NCBI GenBank assembly: GCA_964619725.1
Contig: CAZUFC010000048.1
Coordinates: 1-56,894 of the forward strand
Direction of reading: 5' to 3'
From: an uncultured bacterium
GTDB taxonomy: Bacteria > CSSED10-310 > CAZUFC01
DNA: 56,894 nucleotides
In this document: one piece after another, positions 56,609 through 56,894 of the stretch
Position numbering within the stretch: the stretch's first letter is position 1
Layout of the letters: every line of letters begins with the position of its first letter
Position numbers and translations under genes: made by a program
The notes under the pieces: generated by a model
Databases searched by the model: none
What the model saw: the letters and a program-made list of their open reading frames with translations, nothing else
Told to the model about the DNA's origin: nothing

Positions 56609-56847
56609 TCCCTTATCAATAAGAATCACTTCATAGACTCCCGGAGAATCTCTTCAGTTATCTCAGAAGTATCCCCATTCTCAAGTCCTTCAGCAATTCC
56701 TACGAAACGAAATAATCACAGCCGGCTTTGGGTGGGGTGCTTCAAATATTCTTCAACTGCCTTCCTGATGATAGCCGACTTCCCGGTCTTTGACGTCTGA
56801 GACAGTTTCTTCAGCATCAAATACTGCTCATCTTCCAAGTAAATAAT
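56609..56847 (-). pseudogene. Degenerate RHH antitoxin (VapB-like) plus N-terminal remnant of a PIN toxin
   Basis: IYLEDEQYLMLKKLS...SAIIRKAVEEYL, in-frame TGA at 56716-18, then FVGIAEG...EEILRESMK*; overlapping GTG-ATT-CTT-ATT-GAT (VILID) at 56629. Confidence 0.6.
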
Positions 56848-56894
56848 CCCAAGCCATGCCTCGTAAGCATAAGGGATGGCATAAAGCTTAACGG

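Noticed and set aside
56716-56718. In-frame TGA as selenocysteine or recoded stop
   Set aside because: No obvious SECIS-like hairpin, non-redox context, and TGA is a normal stop in many genes here; pseudogenisation is simpler.
1-56894. CRISPR array, rRNA, IS/transposase, integrase or prophage
   Set aside because: No spaced direct repeats, rRNA-like sequence or mobile-element proteins were seen.

Overview
Bacterial chromosomal window from a diderm organism (Mla, LolB-like and lipoprotein genes); taxonomy cannot be fixed from sequence alone. 1-16.3 kb is a minus-strand housekeeping block: TPR-lolB-ispE-tRNA-Gln-pth-rpsF-ssb-rplI-dnaB-mlaEFD, PIN/TRAM-ispD-ispF-gltX-rlmB, and tRNA-Thr/Tyr/Gly/Thr-tuf (partial). 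Several usual members of these clusters are absent here (prs, rplY, rpsR, cysE/cysS). The rest is a mosaic of envelope/glycosylation genes, an acylating aldehyde dehydrogenase with a microcompartment-type tail, a DtxR-FeoA/feoB iron operon with operator, a Nat-type ABC-CPBP operon, an ECF sigma/anti-sigma pair, secreted proteins and a decayed VapBC-like locus. Reading outside the ORF track gave three unlisted small genes, a corrected start for an 83-aa Cys-rich protein, and candidate sigma70, sigma54, sigma28 and ECF promoters. The best novelty leads are a full-length GH2 lacking both catalytic glutamates (nucleophile E->A), a probable ATC start codon for mlaF, a sigma54-driven Cys-rich microprotein, an orphan BMC cargo enzyme and a glycoside hydrolase-esterase fusion with a sorting tail. 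No CRISPR array, rRNA, transposase or prophage was seen. All family calls are by motif recognition, not database search.
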